A stretch of 64,000 bases of DNA from an uncultured Verrucomicrobiae bacterium (GCA_963834385.1 CAWIBO010000002.1:1024001-1088000), one strand, 5' to 3'. Positions 30,498-44,511 are shown, counted from the first letter of the stretch. Numbers and translations are program-made. Notes: generated by a model not told the origin, from the letters alone.

Positions 30498-31451
30498 TTA
30501 TCTTTTCATCGGTTTCGCCGGGCGCACCTTGCCGGTCCTGCTCCTCGAGCCGCGACGTCCCTTTCGGAACTCTGTCGGCGACTCGCCGAAGACGCGCCGA
30601 AAGGCCCGGTTGAACTGGGTCAAGGAACGAAACCCCACATCGTAGGCGACCTCGCTCACCCGCCGGTTCGGGTTCAGTAGCTCCGTGCGCGCGTCCTCCA
30701 GGCGAACGCGCGCCACATAATCGGTAAACTTCAAACCGGTCGACCGGTGGAAAACCTTGCAGAAGTGAAAAACACTGGCCCCGGCGGCCGCCGCCACCGT
30801 CCCAAGGGAAAGCTCCTCCTGTTTGTGTTGCTCAATGAAGGCGCGCGCCTTTTGCACCAGGACCGGCTCCGCATTTGCATCCTCCAGCACGATCTGGTTC
30901 AGCCGGGCGGATAACTGCTCGGCAAAAAAAGTAAGCAGACACACGATCCCATCATAATTCGAGGGCGGAATCAGGGGATTATTCTCCCAGGCCTTCCGCA
31001 GCTTCTCATCAAACGGCAGACCGCTGGCCGCCAGACGCCCTGCCACCTTTTTGATGTCTTGGGCCGAAGGCGACCGGCGCATAACCTGCCCCACCCGAAG
31101 GAACCCAACGGTCTCACGGCCCAGTTTTACCGGCACGGCACTCTCCGTCAGGCCAAACGGGCAGGTCACCGTATGAGGCAGGTCGCCGGTCTGCCTGGTC
31201 ATTTCATCGTGGGCGGCCAGACAGACCGCCAGCGTTCCAGGGTGTTCTGCCAGGAGGGCGCAGAACGGATTTTCCTTCTTTTTTCCGTGATGCGAAAGCT
31301 GCCAGTATTCGAGCGGCTGCAACGCCAGGGGAAGCCCCGTTGCCTTTGAAAAAACGCGCTCGTAACTCTGGTAGAGTGGCGACCGTTGAAGGCGCGCCAC
31401 CAAATCCTTATTTGGCCGCGTCGCTGGACTTTGGCTCGGGGGATGAGACAT
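30498..31451 (-). CDS. AraC-family regulator with PocR-like sensor domain
   Basis: FSKATGLPL, NPFCALL, TCPFGLTESAVPV; C-terminal AraC HTH SEVAYDVGFRSLTQFNRAFRR. Confidence 0.9.
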   Translation of the reverse strand: MSHPPSQSPATRPNKDLVARLQRSPLYQSYERVFSKATGLPLALQPLEYWQLSHHGKKKENPFCALLAEHPGTLAVCLAAHDEMTRQTGDLPHTVTCPFGLTESAVPVKLGRETVGFLRVGQVMRRSPSAQDIKKVAGRLAASGLPFDEKLRKAWENNPLIPPSNYDGIVCLLTFFAEQLSARLNQIVLEDANAEPVLVQKARAFIEQHKQEELSLGTVAAAAGASVFHFCKVFHRSTGLKFTDYVARVRLEDARTELLNPNRRVSEVAYDVGFRSLTQFNRAFRRVFGESPTEFRKGRRGSRSRTGKVRPAKPMKR

Positions 31452-31544
31452 GGGCAGGAACCTCTTTAAACCTACGAAAAGGCGTCGGCCTGACCAGCCA
31501 ATTGCGATTCCTCTTTGCCACGGCCGCGCCCTGCAACTCAAGCC

Positions 31545-32624
31545 ATGACCAAATCGAGCAAGACGAACGAACGCCCGGACGGAATGATTGTGCGCGAGAG
31601 CGACCCGCTGAATCTTGAGATGCCGTTCGGGGAAGCCACCCGGTTCATTACCCCGAACGACCGCTTTTACGTCCGCTGCCATTATCCGGTGCCGGAGATC
31701 AAGGCGGCGGATTGGCGCCTGGAGATCAGCGGCACGGTCGAGAATCCCTTTTCGCTCGATCTCGACGAAATCCGGGCACTGCCGGCGCGGACGATTGTCT
31801 CGCTCCTGGAGTGCGCCGGCAATAACCGGGCCCTGCTCGACTGGAAGACAAAGGGAGTGCAATGGGCGCAGGGGGCGGTGGGCAATGCGCAGTGGCGCGG
31901 CACGCCTCTCTCCGAACTTCTCGCGAAGGCTCGACCCAAGGCGGGAGCCTGCGAAGTGATCCTGGAAGGGGCCGATGCCGGTCCGCTCGACAAGGAAGGA
32001 GCCCCGCCGGGGGAGGTCACCTTTTCCCGCAGCCTTCCGCTCTCCAAGGCGCTCGATGATGTTCTTCTCGTCTACGAGATGAACGGGGAACCGCTCACGG
32101 CCGAGCACGGTTATCCACTGCGCGCCATTGTCCCCGGTTGGTATGCCATGGCCTCGGTCAAATGGCTGCGCCGGATCATTGTCACCGACCAGCCTTTCGA
32201 TGGTTATTATCAGACCCTCGATTACGCCTACTGGGACCGCCAGCAGGGACCGCCCACGCGGGTGGCTTTGAGCGAGATGGCGGTGAAAGCGCAGATCGCG
32301 ACCCCGCGCGATGGCGAGACGATCCCCGCGCGGACGTCGGTTCACATCAAGGGCGCCGCCTGGAGCAGCACACGGATCGAACGGGTTGAGTTGAGCACCG
32401 ATGGCGGAAAGACCTGGAACGCGGCCACGTGCACCGGCCCGGCCGAGCCCAACGCCTGGCAGCTCTGGGAGTTCGCCTGGACCACCCCGGACCAGGCCGG
32501 AGAATGCGAATTGATGGCCCGCGCTTTCGACGAAAAGGGCAACTCCCAGCCGCCCCAGCACGACAAGGATCGTGGGAATTATATGATCAACCGGACGGTG
32601 CCGGTCCGGGTGAAAATCCGTTAG
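31545..32624 (+). CDS. Sulfite oxidase-family molybdoenzyme
   Basis: FYVRCH, LECAGNNR (Mo-ligand Cys), VGNAQWRG, HGYPLRAIVPGWY, SVKWL. Confidence 0.92.
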   Translation: MTKSSKTNERPDGMIVRESDPLNLEMPFGEATRFITPNDRFYVRCHYPVPEIKAADWRLEISGTVENPFSLDLDEIRALPARTIVSLLECAGNNRALLDWKTKGVQWAQGAVGNAQWRGTPLSELLAKARPKAGACEVILEGADAGPLDKEGAPPGEVTFSRSLPLSKALDDVLLVYEMNGEPLTAEHGYPLRAIVPGWYAMASVKWLRRIIVTDQPFDGYYQTLDYAYWDRQQGPPTRVALSEMAVKAQIATPRDGETIPARTSVHIKGAAWSSTRIERVELSTDGGKTWNAATCTGPAEPNAWQLWEFAWTTPDQAGECELMARAFDEKGNSQPPQHDKDRGNYMINRTVPVRVKIR

Positions 32625-32796
32625 AAATGCTGCCTGGCCTTCCTTTGTGACTGGACACGCCGTTTCCAAAAGAGCGGCCCGACCAGAATGTCCACGGCCT
32701 GGCGTCGGCGCCTTTTTTGCGCTTCTCCTCGTCAGGCTCCTGCCGGCTCGCGCGCACGCGGTGCGCGGTTCCCATTGGATAACCTAGGCGAATAGC

Positions 32797-33711
32797 ATGC
32801 ACGGAGAACTCGCACGCCGGACGCTGATGAGCGCACGCGGACACCATCATTTTGCGGAGGTGGAGGGGTTGCCACTCTCGCTCAAATGCATGTTCAATGG
32901 CCGCGCCCGTTATCAAGTCGGACGCGCCGAGTTCTGTGTCGACGACGCCGGGTTCATGATCTTGAACGAAGGGCGGCGCTACACGATCGAGATCGCCTCG
33001 CCCACCTGCGTGCAGAGTTTCATCTTCTGGTTTCCCCGCGGCTGGGCGGAAGAAGTCGCACGAAGTCTGACGACGGCAACTGCCGGGCAATTGGATTCGT
33101 GCGGGGCGAGCGACGACGCACCCATCGAATTTTTCTCGCGCTACATTCCAAATGATCGCCTGGTGATGCCGCGGGTCCGCGCAATCATCGCCGCCTGGAA
33201 CTCCGGACAATCGATCGAGAATTGCTGGCTTGAGGAGCGGCTGCGTGGAGTCCTGGCCGCGCTGTGGCAGACGGAGCGCGGTTTCGGCGGCGCGACGGAC
33301 AGCCTTAAGAATGCCCGGGCGGCGACGCGCGAGGAGCTGTTGCGACGGTTGCAGCGCGGGCGCGATTTCCTGCATGCACAGGCCAGTAACAATGGTGTCA
33401 GCCTTTCAAAAGTTGCGGAGGTGGCCTGTCTTTCACCGTTTCATTTTCTCCGCAGCTTCAAGCAGGCGTTTGGACTCACACCGCACCAGTTCCTGACGCG
33501 TTGTCGAGTCGATCGGGCGAAGTTTCTCCTCGCGCGTACTGCCCTTCCCATCACGGATATCTGTTACGACGCCGGCTTTCTGAGTCTCGGCTCGTTCACC
33601 ACGCTCTTCCATCGCGTGACCGGCCAGCCGCCGCGCGCGTGGCGGCGAGCACATTCCTGCGGCGTCTCCGAGAATCGCAAGATTCGAGAAGTTTTCCTCA
33701 CGGGGGCCTGA
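32797..33711 (+). CDS. AraC-family transcriptional regulator
   Basis: Cupin-like N-terminus; ACLSPFHFLRSFKQAFGLTPHQ, ITDICYDAGFLSLGSFTTLF. Confidence 0.92.
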   Translation: MHGELARRTLMSARGHHHFAEVEGLPLSLKCMFNGRARYQVGRAEFCVDDAGFMILNEGRRYTIEIASPTCVQSFIFWFPRGWAEEVARSLTTATAGQLDSCGASDDAPIEFFSRYIPNDRLVMPRVRAIIAAWNSGQSIENCWLEERLRGVLAALWQTERGFGGATDSLKNARAATREELLRRLQRGRDFLHAQASNNGVSLSKVAEVACLSPFHFLRSFKQAFGLTPHQFLTRCRVDRAKFLLARTALPITDICYDAGFLSLGSFTTLFHRVTGQPPRAWRRAHSCGVSENRKIREVFLTGA

Positions 33712-33723
33712 TAGGCTGCCCGC

Positions 33724-34257
33724 ATGATTGCATCCTTCCCCGCCGCGAAGCGGCACCTCGCGCGCAAACATTTCCTCCAGGCCCTCGGTCTCGCGGCCGC
33801 CGGTTTTTTTCTTACTGGGCGCAGAGCCGGTGCGCAGTCGACGCCCGCCGGACAGGTGACCGGCGCGCCGGACCGCCTCCCGCAGATCGAAGCCGATCTG
33901 ATCAGGCGCTTTGTCATTGCCGGACACGCGAACCTTGACCTCGTGCAACAGATGCTGCGGGAGCAACCGGCACTGATAAACGCAACCTGGGACTGGGGAG
34001 GCGGGGATTACGAGACGGCCCTCGGCGGGGCTTCGCACATGGGCCGCCGCGACATCGCCGAATTGCTGCTCGCGAACGGCGCGCGCATCGATCTCTTCGC
34101 CGCCGCAGCGCTCGGCCGGATCGAGATCATTAAGGCCGCGGTCGCTGCCTACCCGGACATTGTGCATGTGCGCGGTCCGCATACGATCACCTTGCTGATG
34201 CACGCGCAGAAGGGCGGCTCGACAGAAGTGGTCGATTTCCTGAAGCCGCTCGTTTAG
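33724..34257 (+). CDS. Ankyrin-repeat protein with Tat-like leader
   Basis: RKHFLQALGLAAAG leader; WDWGGGDYETALGGASHMGRRDIAELLLANGA. Confidence 0.82.
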   Translation: MIASFPAAKRHLARKHFLQALGLAAAGFFLTGRRAGAQSTPAGQVTGAPDRLPQIEADLIRRFVIAGHANLDLVQQMLREQPALINATWDWGGGDYETALGGASHMGRRDIAELLLANGARIDLFAAAALGRIEIIKAAVAAYPDIVHVRGPHTITLLMHAQKGGSTEVVDFLKPLV

Positions 34258-34271
34258 CCCCGCTGGCTGGT

Positions 34272-35147
34272 ATGCGTCCGACAGTTGCAGCGCTCTCGAT
34301 CAGCCTGTCGGCTGTGTGGCTCGTCTTCCCGGCTCCACTGTTGAAGGGAGAGCCAGCCAGTCGTTATGCCTCGTTCAAAAGTGGCAAAGTTCATTATTAC
34401 GATGTTGGCACGGGGAACGATGCGCTTTTCTTCGTCCATGGCTGGGCCTGCGACGCAACCTTCTGGCGCGAGCAGTACCATGCGTTTCCGAACCGGCGGG
34501 TCCTCGCCCTTGATTTACCCGGGCACGGGCGGAGCGGCAAACCACAAACCGCTTACACGATGGAGTTGTTTGCGCGCGCGATCGATGCCGTCCTGCAGGA
34601 CGCCAAGGTCGAGCGCGCCATAATTATTGGTCACAGCATGGGTGCACCGGTCGGACGCGAGTTCTACCGCATATTTCCCGAGAAAACGACCGCGCTGGTG
34701 ATTATCGACGGCGCCTTGAGGCGAATGTTCTCCTCCGAACAAGCGCAACGCCTTCAGGAGCAGCTGCGTTCCGACTATCCAGCGACCGCGCGCCGCATGG
34801 TCGATGGAATGCTCATGCCGGTTCGCGACGCGAGCCTCCGCCATCAGGTTCGAGAAGTGATGCTCGCCACTCCCGGGCACGTTGCGGTGAGCGCGATGCA
34901 AGCAATGACGAACGAGGCGAGTTACCATGGCGATCCAATCAAGGTCCCTTTGCTTGCGGTCCTGGCGAAGTCGCCGTTCTGGGCGCCTGATACCGAGCAG
35001 TTCCTGCGTTCGCTCGCGCCCGATCTCGAATTCCACATGATGGAGGACGTGAGCCATTTTCTTATGCTGGAAAAGCCTGATGAACTGAACACCCTGATCC
35101 GTGATTTCATCGCCCGGCGAGAGCCACGTCAGCTTCCCTCGCCCTGA
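34272..35147 (+). CDS. Secreted alpha/beta hydrolase
   Basis: FVHGW, DLPGHGRS, nucleophile GHSMG, SHFLMLEKP. Confidence 0.92.
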   Translation: MRPTVAALSISLSAVWLVFPAPLLKGEPASRYASFKSGKVHYYDVGTGNDALFFVHGWACDATFWREQYHAFPNRRVLALDLPGHGRSGKPQTAYTMELFARAIDAVLQDAKVERAIIIGHSMGAPVGREFYRIFPEKTTALVIIDGALRRMFSSEQAQRLQEQLRSDYPATARRMVDGMLMPVRDASLRHQVREVMLATPGHVAVSAMQAMTNEASYHGDPIKVPLLAVLAKSPFWAPDTEQFLRSLAPDLEFHMMEDVSHFLMLEKPDELNTLIRDFIARREPRQLPSP

Positions 35148-35293
35148 TCCTGGGCCGGGCGCCGTTGACGCGCGGCTGCTGACGTCGCGCATGTTCACCG
35201 TAAAGTGCCGGGCCGGGTGAAAATCCGCTAGAAGCGGACATCCGGCATTCTCCCTTGCTGGGGCTTGCGGGCGGGCCGTATCTTGCCGATACC

Positions 35294-36157
35294 ATGAAAA
35301 CGAACCCCGCTGACTACGTTCACCCCGATGCGCTGGTGGAGGCCGATTGGCTGGAACAACACAAGGGGGACGAGGGGATCCGCGTGGTCGAATCGAACGA
35401 GGATATCCTGCTCTATGACACCGGCCATATCCCGGGGGCGGTGCATATCGACTGGCGCGCCGACCTGCAGGACCCGGTGGTGCGCGATTACATTACCCCG
35501 GAAAAATTTGCCGAGCTCTGCCGCCGGCACGGGATCACGCCGGAAACCACCTGTGTTTTCTACGGCGACAAGGCGAACTGGTGGGCCTGCTACGCGCTCT
35601 GGGCCTTTCGCCTCTTCGGCCATGAGAAAGTGAAAATCCTCAATGGCGGCCGCGATAAATGGAAGGCGGACGGCCGCCCCATGACGCGCGAGGTGCCAAA
35701 ATACGCGCCGTCCGACTACCCGGTGCCGAAGAAGCGGCTCGACCGGGAAATCCGGGCCTTCGCCGACGACGCCCTCGCCCAGAGCAAGGCGAAGAAGCCG
35801 CTCATCGATGTGCGTTCCCCGGGGGAATTCAAGGGCGACGTCACCCACATGCCCGAATATCCGCAGGAGGGCGTGCTGCGCGGCGGCCATATTCCCGGCG
35901 CCAAAAGTGTGCCCTGGAAGACGGCGACCAACGACGACGGCACGTTCAAGTCAGCGGAGGAGCTGCGGAAAATTTACTTCGAGGGCTGCGGCCTCGACGA
36001 AAAGACGGACACGGTGGTTTATTGCCGGATCGGCGAACGTTCCAGCCACACCTGGTTCGTCCTGACCTACCTTCTTGGCCTGCCCAATGTCCGCAACTAC
36101 GACGGTTCCTGGACGGAATGGGGCAACCGGGTGGGCGTGCCGATTGAAAAAGGCTAA
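35294..36157 (+). CDS. sseA: Tandem rhodanese thiosulfate/mercaptopyruvate sulfurtransferase (SseA-like)
   Basis: [37 protein letters not shown]. Confidence 0.92.
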   Translation: MKTNPADYVHPDALVEADWLEQHKGDEGIRVVESNEDILLYDTGHIPGAVHIDWRADLQDPVVRDYITPEKFAELCRRHGITPETTCVFYGDKANWWACYALWAFRLFGHEKVKILNGGRDKWKADGRPMTREVPKYAPSDYPVPKKRLDREIRAFADDALAQSKAKKPLIDVRSPGEFKGDVTHMPEYPQEGVLRGGHIPGAKSVPWKTATNDDGTFKSAEELRKIYFEGCGLDEKTDTVVYCRIGERSSHTWFVLTYLLGLPNVRNYDGSWTEWGNRVGVPIEKG

Positions 36158-36197
36158 AGCGGCTGCGCCGGCCGGAATTTCGAGGTAGCATGCGGGC

Positions 36198-36662
36198 GTG
36201 AGCCCGTATCCGCCCAAGCTGGATAATATTATCAGCCTGTTCGAGTCCCTCCCGGAGGATGAACGCCGGGAAACGCTCGTTTCCTATGCCGACAGCGCGC
36301 AAAAACAGGAGCCGCGCGAGGGCGAAACGTTTGCCCTCGAGGATGTGCGAAAGGACGAGGAATGCGCCGACACCGTCGGGGTTTACCTGCAGGTGGATGA
36401 CGTCGGAAAGGCGCACTTTCGGATGACCCTTGGGCCGGAGGTGCAGACGCTGACCCGGGCGATGGCCTCGATCCTCTGCAAGGGGCTGGAGGGGGTCACG
36501 CCCCAGGAAGTGCTGGATCTTCCGAGCGATTTCGTCACCCGCATCGTTGGGGCCGAACTGGTGCGGGTGCGCAGCCAGACCACCTATTACATCCTGACCC
36601 GGATGAAGGGGATTTGTAAGGTTTACCTCGACCGGGAACGGCGGGCGGCCAGCGCCGCCTAG
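36198..36662 (+). CDS. sufE: SufE-family sulfur acceptor
   Basis: [10 protein letters not shown] (acceptor Cys), [17 protein letters not shown]; follows the sulfurtransferase. Confidence 0.8.
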   Translation: MSPYPPKLDNIISLFESLPEDERRETLVSYADSAQKQEPREGETFALEDVRKDEECADTVGVYLQVDDVGKAHFRMTLGPEVQTLTRAMASILCKGLEGVTPQEVLDLPSDFVTRIVGAELVRVRSQTTYYILTRMKGICKVYLDRERRAASAA

Positions 36663-36733
36663 GCCGTGGCCCCAGGCCTTCCGCCGGATTCATCCGTGAC
36701 GCGGTCCTCTTTTCGCCTAAAGTTCGCGCGCCG

Positions 36734-39952
<3,219 letters not shown>

Positions 39953-39990
39953 TTCGACAGCGCCGCGGCTTCGTGTCACAGGTGCTGGGA

Positions 39991-40600
39991 ATGAAACGCA
40001 TAATGCTCTGTGGGCTGTTCGTGGTTGCGCTCGGCCTCACCCAGGGCTGCCAGGAAACAAAACAGGAGACCGTGACAATGGATAAACCCGCCGATACAGC
40101 GAATGAAGTGGCCGTGATCAAGACCAGCGAAGGAGAAATGGTGGCCGAGTTCTGGCCCGACGTGGCCCCGAAAACCGTCGAGAACTTCAAGAAACTCGCC
40201 CGCGAAGGCTTTTATGATGGCACCGCCTTCCATCGCGTCATCAAGGGTTTCATGATCCAGGGGGGCGACCCTTTGACGAAAGACGACAGCAAACAGGCGC
40301 GCTGGGGCACGGGCGATCCCGGTTACAAGGTAAAGGCGGAGTTCAATGACGAAGCCGCACGTTCGCGGCGTTCTCTCCATGGCCCGCTCGCAGAATCCCG
40401 ATTCCGCCGGGAGCCAGTTTTTCATCTGCCACGGCGACCCGCGCTTTCTCGACCGGCAATACACCGCCTTTGGAAAATTGATCAAGGGCGACGAGGTCCT
40501 CGAGAAAATTGCCACCACTCCCACCACCAATCCCGACCGCCCGCTCAAGCGGATGAACGTCGAGAGCGTCAAGATCGTCCCGCGCGATTCCATCCAGTAG
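39991..40600 (+). CDS. Cyclophilin-type PPIase (lipoprotein-like leader), frameshifted near 40351
   Basis: APKTVENF, FHRVIKGFMIQGGDP; then HVRGVLSMAR, SAGSQFFI, YTAFG in the second frame. Confidence 0.9.
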
Positions 40601-40618
40601 ACCGCTCGCTGCCCGGCC

Positions 40619-41507
40619 ATGTCCGCCACCGAGAAAACAAAGGTCGCGCTCATCCAGATGCGCTGCAGCGCGGACCCGGACGAGAACCTCCGGCGCGCGC
40701 TTGAGTTTATCCGGAAGGCGGCCGGCGAAGGCGCTAACATCGTCTGTCTCCCGGAACTCTTCCGCTCCGAGTATTTCTGCCAGTCGGAGGACCACGCCAA
40801 CTTCGCGCTGGCCGAGGAAATCCCCGGGCCGAGCACACGGGCGCTCGAGCCGGTCGCGCGCGAGCTGAAGACGGTCATCGTCGCTTCGCTTTTTGAGAAG
40901 CGAACGGCCGGTCTTTATCACAATACCGCCGTGGTGATCGACGCTGACGGCCGCACCGTCGGAAAGTATCGCAAGATGCACATCCCTGATGACCCGGCCT
41001 TCTATGAGAAGTTCTACTTCACCCCGGGCGACCTCGGTTTCCAGGCCTTCGATACCGCCGAAGGCAAGGTGGGCGTCTGCGTCTGCTGGGACCAGTGGTA
41101 TCCGGAGGCCGCCCGCCTCACCGCTCTGCGCGGCGCCGGCATTCTCTTTTATCCCACCGCCATCGGCTGGCACCCGGCGGAAAAGGCGAAGTTTGGGGCA
41201 GCGCAACATTCCGCCTGGGAAACGATGCAGCGGAGCCACGCTATCGCGAACGGTTGTTTCGTTTGCGCGGCCAACCGCATCGGACACGAGATCGCCGGTC
41301 GGCCCGCCCGGGCTCGAGTTCTGGGGACAAAGTTTTATTTGCGCGCCCAGCGGCGAAATTCTGGCGAAAGGCAGCGTCGACCAGGAGGAAATCGTCGCGG
41401 CCGAAGTCGAGTGGAAACGGGTGGACGAACATCGCACCCACTGGCCCTTCCTGCGCGATCGCCGCATCGACGCCTACGGCGGGATCGAGCAGCGCTTGCT
41501 GGACTAG
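40619..41507 (+). CDS. aguB: Carbon-nitrogen hydrolase, N-carbamoylputrescine amidase-like, frameshifted near 41295
   Basis: LPELF, YRKMHIPDDP..YEKFYFTPGD, VCWDQWYPE; second frame FWGQSF...WPFLRDRRIDAY. Confidence 0.85.
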
Positions 41508-42739
41508 TCGGTCGTCCGAAAGGGATTCCGCGGATCATCCCGGATCGGCTCCCGTTTCCGGAACAAGGAGAGCCCTTTTTGCAACCGCGCTCGCACCGGC
41601 GAAGCGGGATGCGCAAGACGCAGGGCGCGTTGCTGGATGCTGGCGGCTTCCTCGAACCGTCCTGCCTCTGCGTGAGCCGCGGCCAGGATCTCCAGAAGGG
41701 CCGGGTCCGGTCCGTCGCTCGATTCCATGGCCCGGAGAGCGTGCCTGAGTGCCCGGGCGCCGCTTCGCTCCCGCTTTTCCGGGCAGGTGGCGAGAAACCA
41801 GGCCAGGGCTCCCTGCGCTTCTGCCTCTTCCGGATTCTTATCCGCCAACCGGCGGTAAATCGCGCCCGCCAGATCGAAGCGTCGGCCATGCTCGTGCAGA
41901 CGCGCTTTTCCCAGGAGGGATCCCATATCGTTCGGGATAAGTTTCAGGGAAGCGTTGAGATCCTCCGTCGCTTCCGGTAACCGCCCCAGATTCAGGTTGG
42001 CCATGCCGCGCAGATACCTGGCTCGCTGGCTCCGCGGTTCGCGTTTCAGGATTTCATCGGCGTCCGCGATCGTTCCGGGCAGATCATTGCATTCCCATCG
42101 CGCATCGGCACGCGTTGGGTAGGAATTGATATGCTCCGGGTCCAGCCGGACCGCCTCGTCCGCATCCTCGAGTGCGCCCTTGCAATCACCCTGCTCCAGC
42201 CGCACCCAGCTCCGGTAGGCTCTGGGCTCGGCCGCGCGGTCATCCAGTCGGATCGCTTCGTTGAAGTCCCACAGCGCGCTTTTGTTATCGCCATCACGAA
42301 AACGCAGGAGCCCGCGCTGGGCAAGGAGCCGGGACTCATCCGGATAGCGCGCAATCGCATCGGTTAACAACCGCATAGCGCTCGCGCGTTCGCCTTTATC
42401 CCAGGTTTCCCTCGACCGTTGCACCGCCTGCTCGACCGGGCCGGGAGCGGGGATCTCCGGGATCGGCGTCACCGGGATCCCGCGACGCAGGTTCGACCGC
42501 AGGGTGGATTCCTCCCGCAACGAGATGAAACTTTCCCTGACCTTGCGCGCCGCGATCGCCACAGGCCGCCTGATGGTGGCAAACCGGTCGTCAGGGCCGG
42601 GCGCATCCGGCGAATCCTGCAGCACGAGGCGGACAAAGCCGGCGGAAGCGAGAAGAAACAGGGCGCAGCACGCCAGAACCACAAACCGTCGGACCACGCG
42701 AACATGATTAGCGAGGCCATTTGTGTCGGGCGACAACAA
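41504..42739 (-). CDS. Membrane-anchored TPR-repeat protein
   Basis: N-terminal TM helix; repeated AIRLD/AVRLDP TPR units; LAWFLATCP...LAAAHAEAGRF tail. Confidence 0.85.
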   Translation of the reverse strand: MLSPDTNGLANHVRVVRRFVVLACCALFLLASAGFVRLVLQDSPDAPGPDDRFATIRRPVAIAARKVRESFISLREESTLRSNLRRGIPVTPIPEIPAPGPVEQAVQRSRETWDKGERASAMRLLTDAIARYPDESRLLAQRGLLRFRDGDNKSALWDFNEAIRLDDRAAEPRAYRSWVRLEQGDCKGALEDADEAVRLDPEHINSYPTRADARWECNDLPGTIADADEILKREPRSQRARYLRGMANLNLGRLPEATEDLNASLKLIPNDMGSLLGKARLHEHGRRFDLAGAIYRRLADKNPEEAEAQGALAWFLATCPEKRERSGARALRHALRAMESSDGPDPALLEILAAAHAEAGRFEEAASIQQRALRLAHPASPVRARLQKGLSLFRKREPIRDDPRNPFRTTD

Positions 42740-42823
42740 ATTCTCGCTCTGCCCCCGGTTAATATCGGTAAAATCCCTACGCCCGGCGGCTTGCGCGGGC
42801 CCGGAACGGTCCCACGTTTACCC

Positions 42824-43363
42824 ATGAACAAGAAAACATCTCTTTTACTCGCGGGCGCTCTCAGCCTGCTCATGGCGGTGCCGGCCCTGGCCGCCGATGA
42901 CGACGTGATCATGGTCATCGCCACGCTGAACCCGACCGCCAAGAGCGACGTGAAGGGCCAGGTGACTTTCACCAAGGAAGGCGACGGCGTGAAGATCGTG
43001 GCCGATGTCACCGGCTTGAAACCGGGCAAGCACGGCTTTCACATTCATGAGTTCGGTGATTGCTCGGCCCCTGACGCCACCTCCGCCGGCGGCCATTTCA
43101 ATCCAACCGACGACCCACACGCCGGCCATGACGCCGAGAAGCGGCATATGGGCGACATGGGCAACATCGAGGCCGACGCCACCGGCAAAGCGCACGTCGA
43201 GTTGACCGACAAAATGATGAACCTCAAGCAGATCGTCGGGCACGCGGTCATTGTGCACGAGAAGGCGGATGACCTGAAATCGCAGCCCACCGGCGACGCG
43301 GGCGGCCGCGTGGCCTGCGGGGTGATCGGCTACGCCAAAGCGGCCGGCGACGATAAGAAATAG
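42824..43363 (+). CDS. sodC: Periplasmic Cu/Zn superoxide dismutase
   Basis: Signal peptide; HGFHIHE, SAGGHFNP, HMGDMGN, GDAGGRVACG. Confidence 0.96.
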   Translation: MNKKTSLLLAGALSLLMAVPALAADDDVIMVIATLNPTAKSDVKGQVTFTKEGDGVKIVADVTGLKPGKHGFHIHEFGDCSAPDATSAGGHFNPTDDPHAGHDAEKRHMGDMGNIEADATGKAHVELTDKMMNLKQIVGHAVIVHEKADDLKSQPTGDAGGRVACGVIGYAKAAGDDKK

Positions 43364-43396
43364 CGTTTCCGCCGGCTTTTCGGTTAAGTAGCCGGG

Positions 43397-44482
43397 ATGC
43401 CGTCCTCGTTGCCCCTCCTCACGCTGAGCGAAGTTCGCAAGGGCGTGCAGGGGGGTGGCGTGGAGGCGCGCGTCCATGTGCAGGTGGAGGCCGCCACCGC
43501 CAAATCAACGCGGGAAGGCAAACCCTACTGCGAACTGGTCCTGGCCGACGCCTGTGACCGCATGACGCTCCGGGTCTGGAGCGATCACGCCGACTACCGC
43601 GCCTGCGAAAAGCTGGCCACCGGCGAATTTATCGAGATCGCCGGGGAACTGGCGCACCATCAGCAGTTCGGTCTGGATGCGCGCAACTGGCGGACGCGCA
43701 AGCTGGAGCAAAAGGAGATCGAGGACCTTCTCGCCGGCCCGGCCGATTTGCGGGCGCGCCAGGCGACCGACTGGGATTTCATCAAGGCCAGCACGGCGAC
43801 CATCGCGGACCCGCGGTTGCGCGCGCTTTGCGCGGCCTTTCTGCGCGAGTGGGGCGATCGTTTCCGGCGGACGGCCGGGGCGCGCAGTTATCATCACGCG
43901 CGCCGGGGCGGTCTCGTTGAGCATACCGCGCAAATGATGCGGGTGGCCCTGCAAATTTCCCCGCTCTATCCCGCGCTCAACCTCGACCTGCTCCTCGCCG
44001 GCATTCTTTTCCACGATTCCGGCAAGCTCTGGGAGAATCATCTGCCTGAGAACGGCTTCACCATGGGTTACGAGGAACGGGGCGAACTCATGGGCCATAT
44101 CTCCATCGGGATCGAGCTGGTCAATTCGCTCTGGCGCGGCCTCCTCGTTTCTGACGAGGCCAAACAATGGACGTCGCTGGAGCCGGCCTCGGAGGATGTG
44201 CGCCTTCACCTTCTCCACCTCATTGGCGCCCACCACGGCGAACCCCAGTTCGGTTCGCCCGTCAGCCCGAAAACGCCGGAGGCCATGGCGCTCAACTACA
44301 TCGATAACCTCGATGCCCGCCTCGAGATGTTCGCCGGCGGCTACCAGACCGCCCGGCCCATCGCCCCGCGCATTTTCGACCGGGTCCGGCCGTTGCCCGG
44401 AAATCTTGTAAAACCGCTTGGTCGCTATCAGTCGGCACCCTCGAAAAGCGCGGATGATCCTCTGCCGGGGACATTGCTTTAA
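43397..44482 (+). CDS. yhaM: OB-fold plus HD-domain 3'-5' exoribonuclease (YhaM/Cbf1-like)
   Basis: N-terminal OB fold, YHHARRGGLVEH, FHDSGK, GHI, AHHG, PKTPEA...IDNLDA. Confidence 0.88.
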   Translation: MPSSLPLLTLSEVRKGVQGGGVEARVHVQVEAATAKSTREGKPYCELVLADACDRMTLRVWSDHADYRACEKLATGEFIEIAGELAHHQQFGLDARNWRTRKLEQKEIEDLLAGPADLRARQATDWDFIKASTATIADPRLRALCAAFLREWGDRFRRTAGARSYHHARRGGLVEHTAQMMRVALQISPLYPALNLDLLLAGILFHDSGKLWENHLPENGFTMGYEERGELMGHISIGIELVNSLWRGLLVSDEAKQWTSLEPASEDVRLHLLHLIGAHHGEPQFGSPVSPKTPEAMALNYIDNLDARLEMFAGGYQTARPIAPRIFDRVRPLPGNLVKPLGRYQSAPSKSADDPLPGTLL

Positions 44483-44511
44483 GCGCGCGCAAACCACCAT
44501 CAACCCTGCCT

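Noticed and set aside
31452..32669. Apparent 723-aa AraC protein
   Set aside because: The first ~406 codons are antisense to the sulfite oxidase; the real gene most likely starts at 31451.
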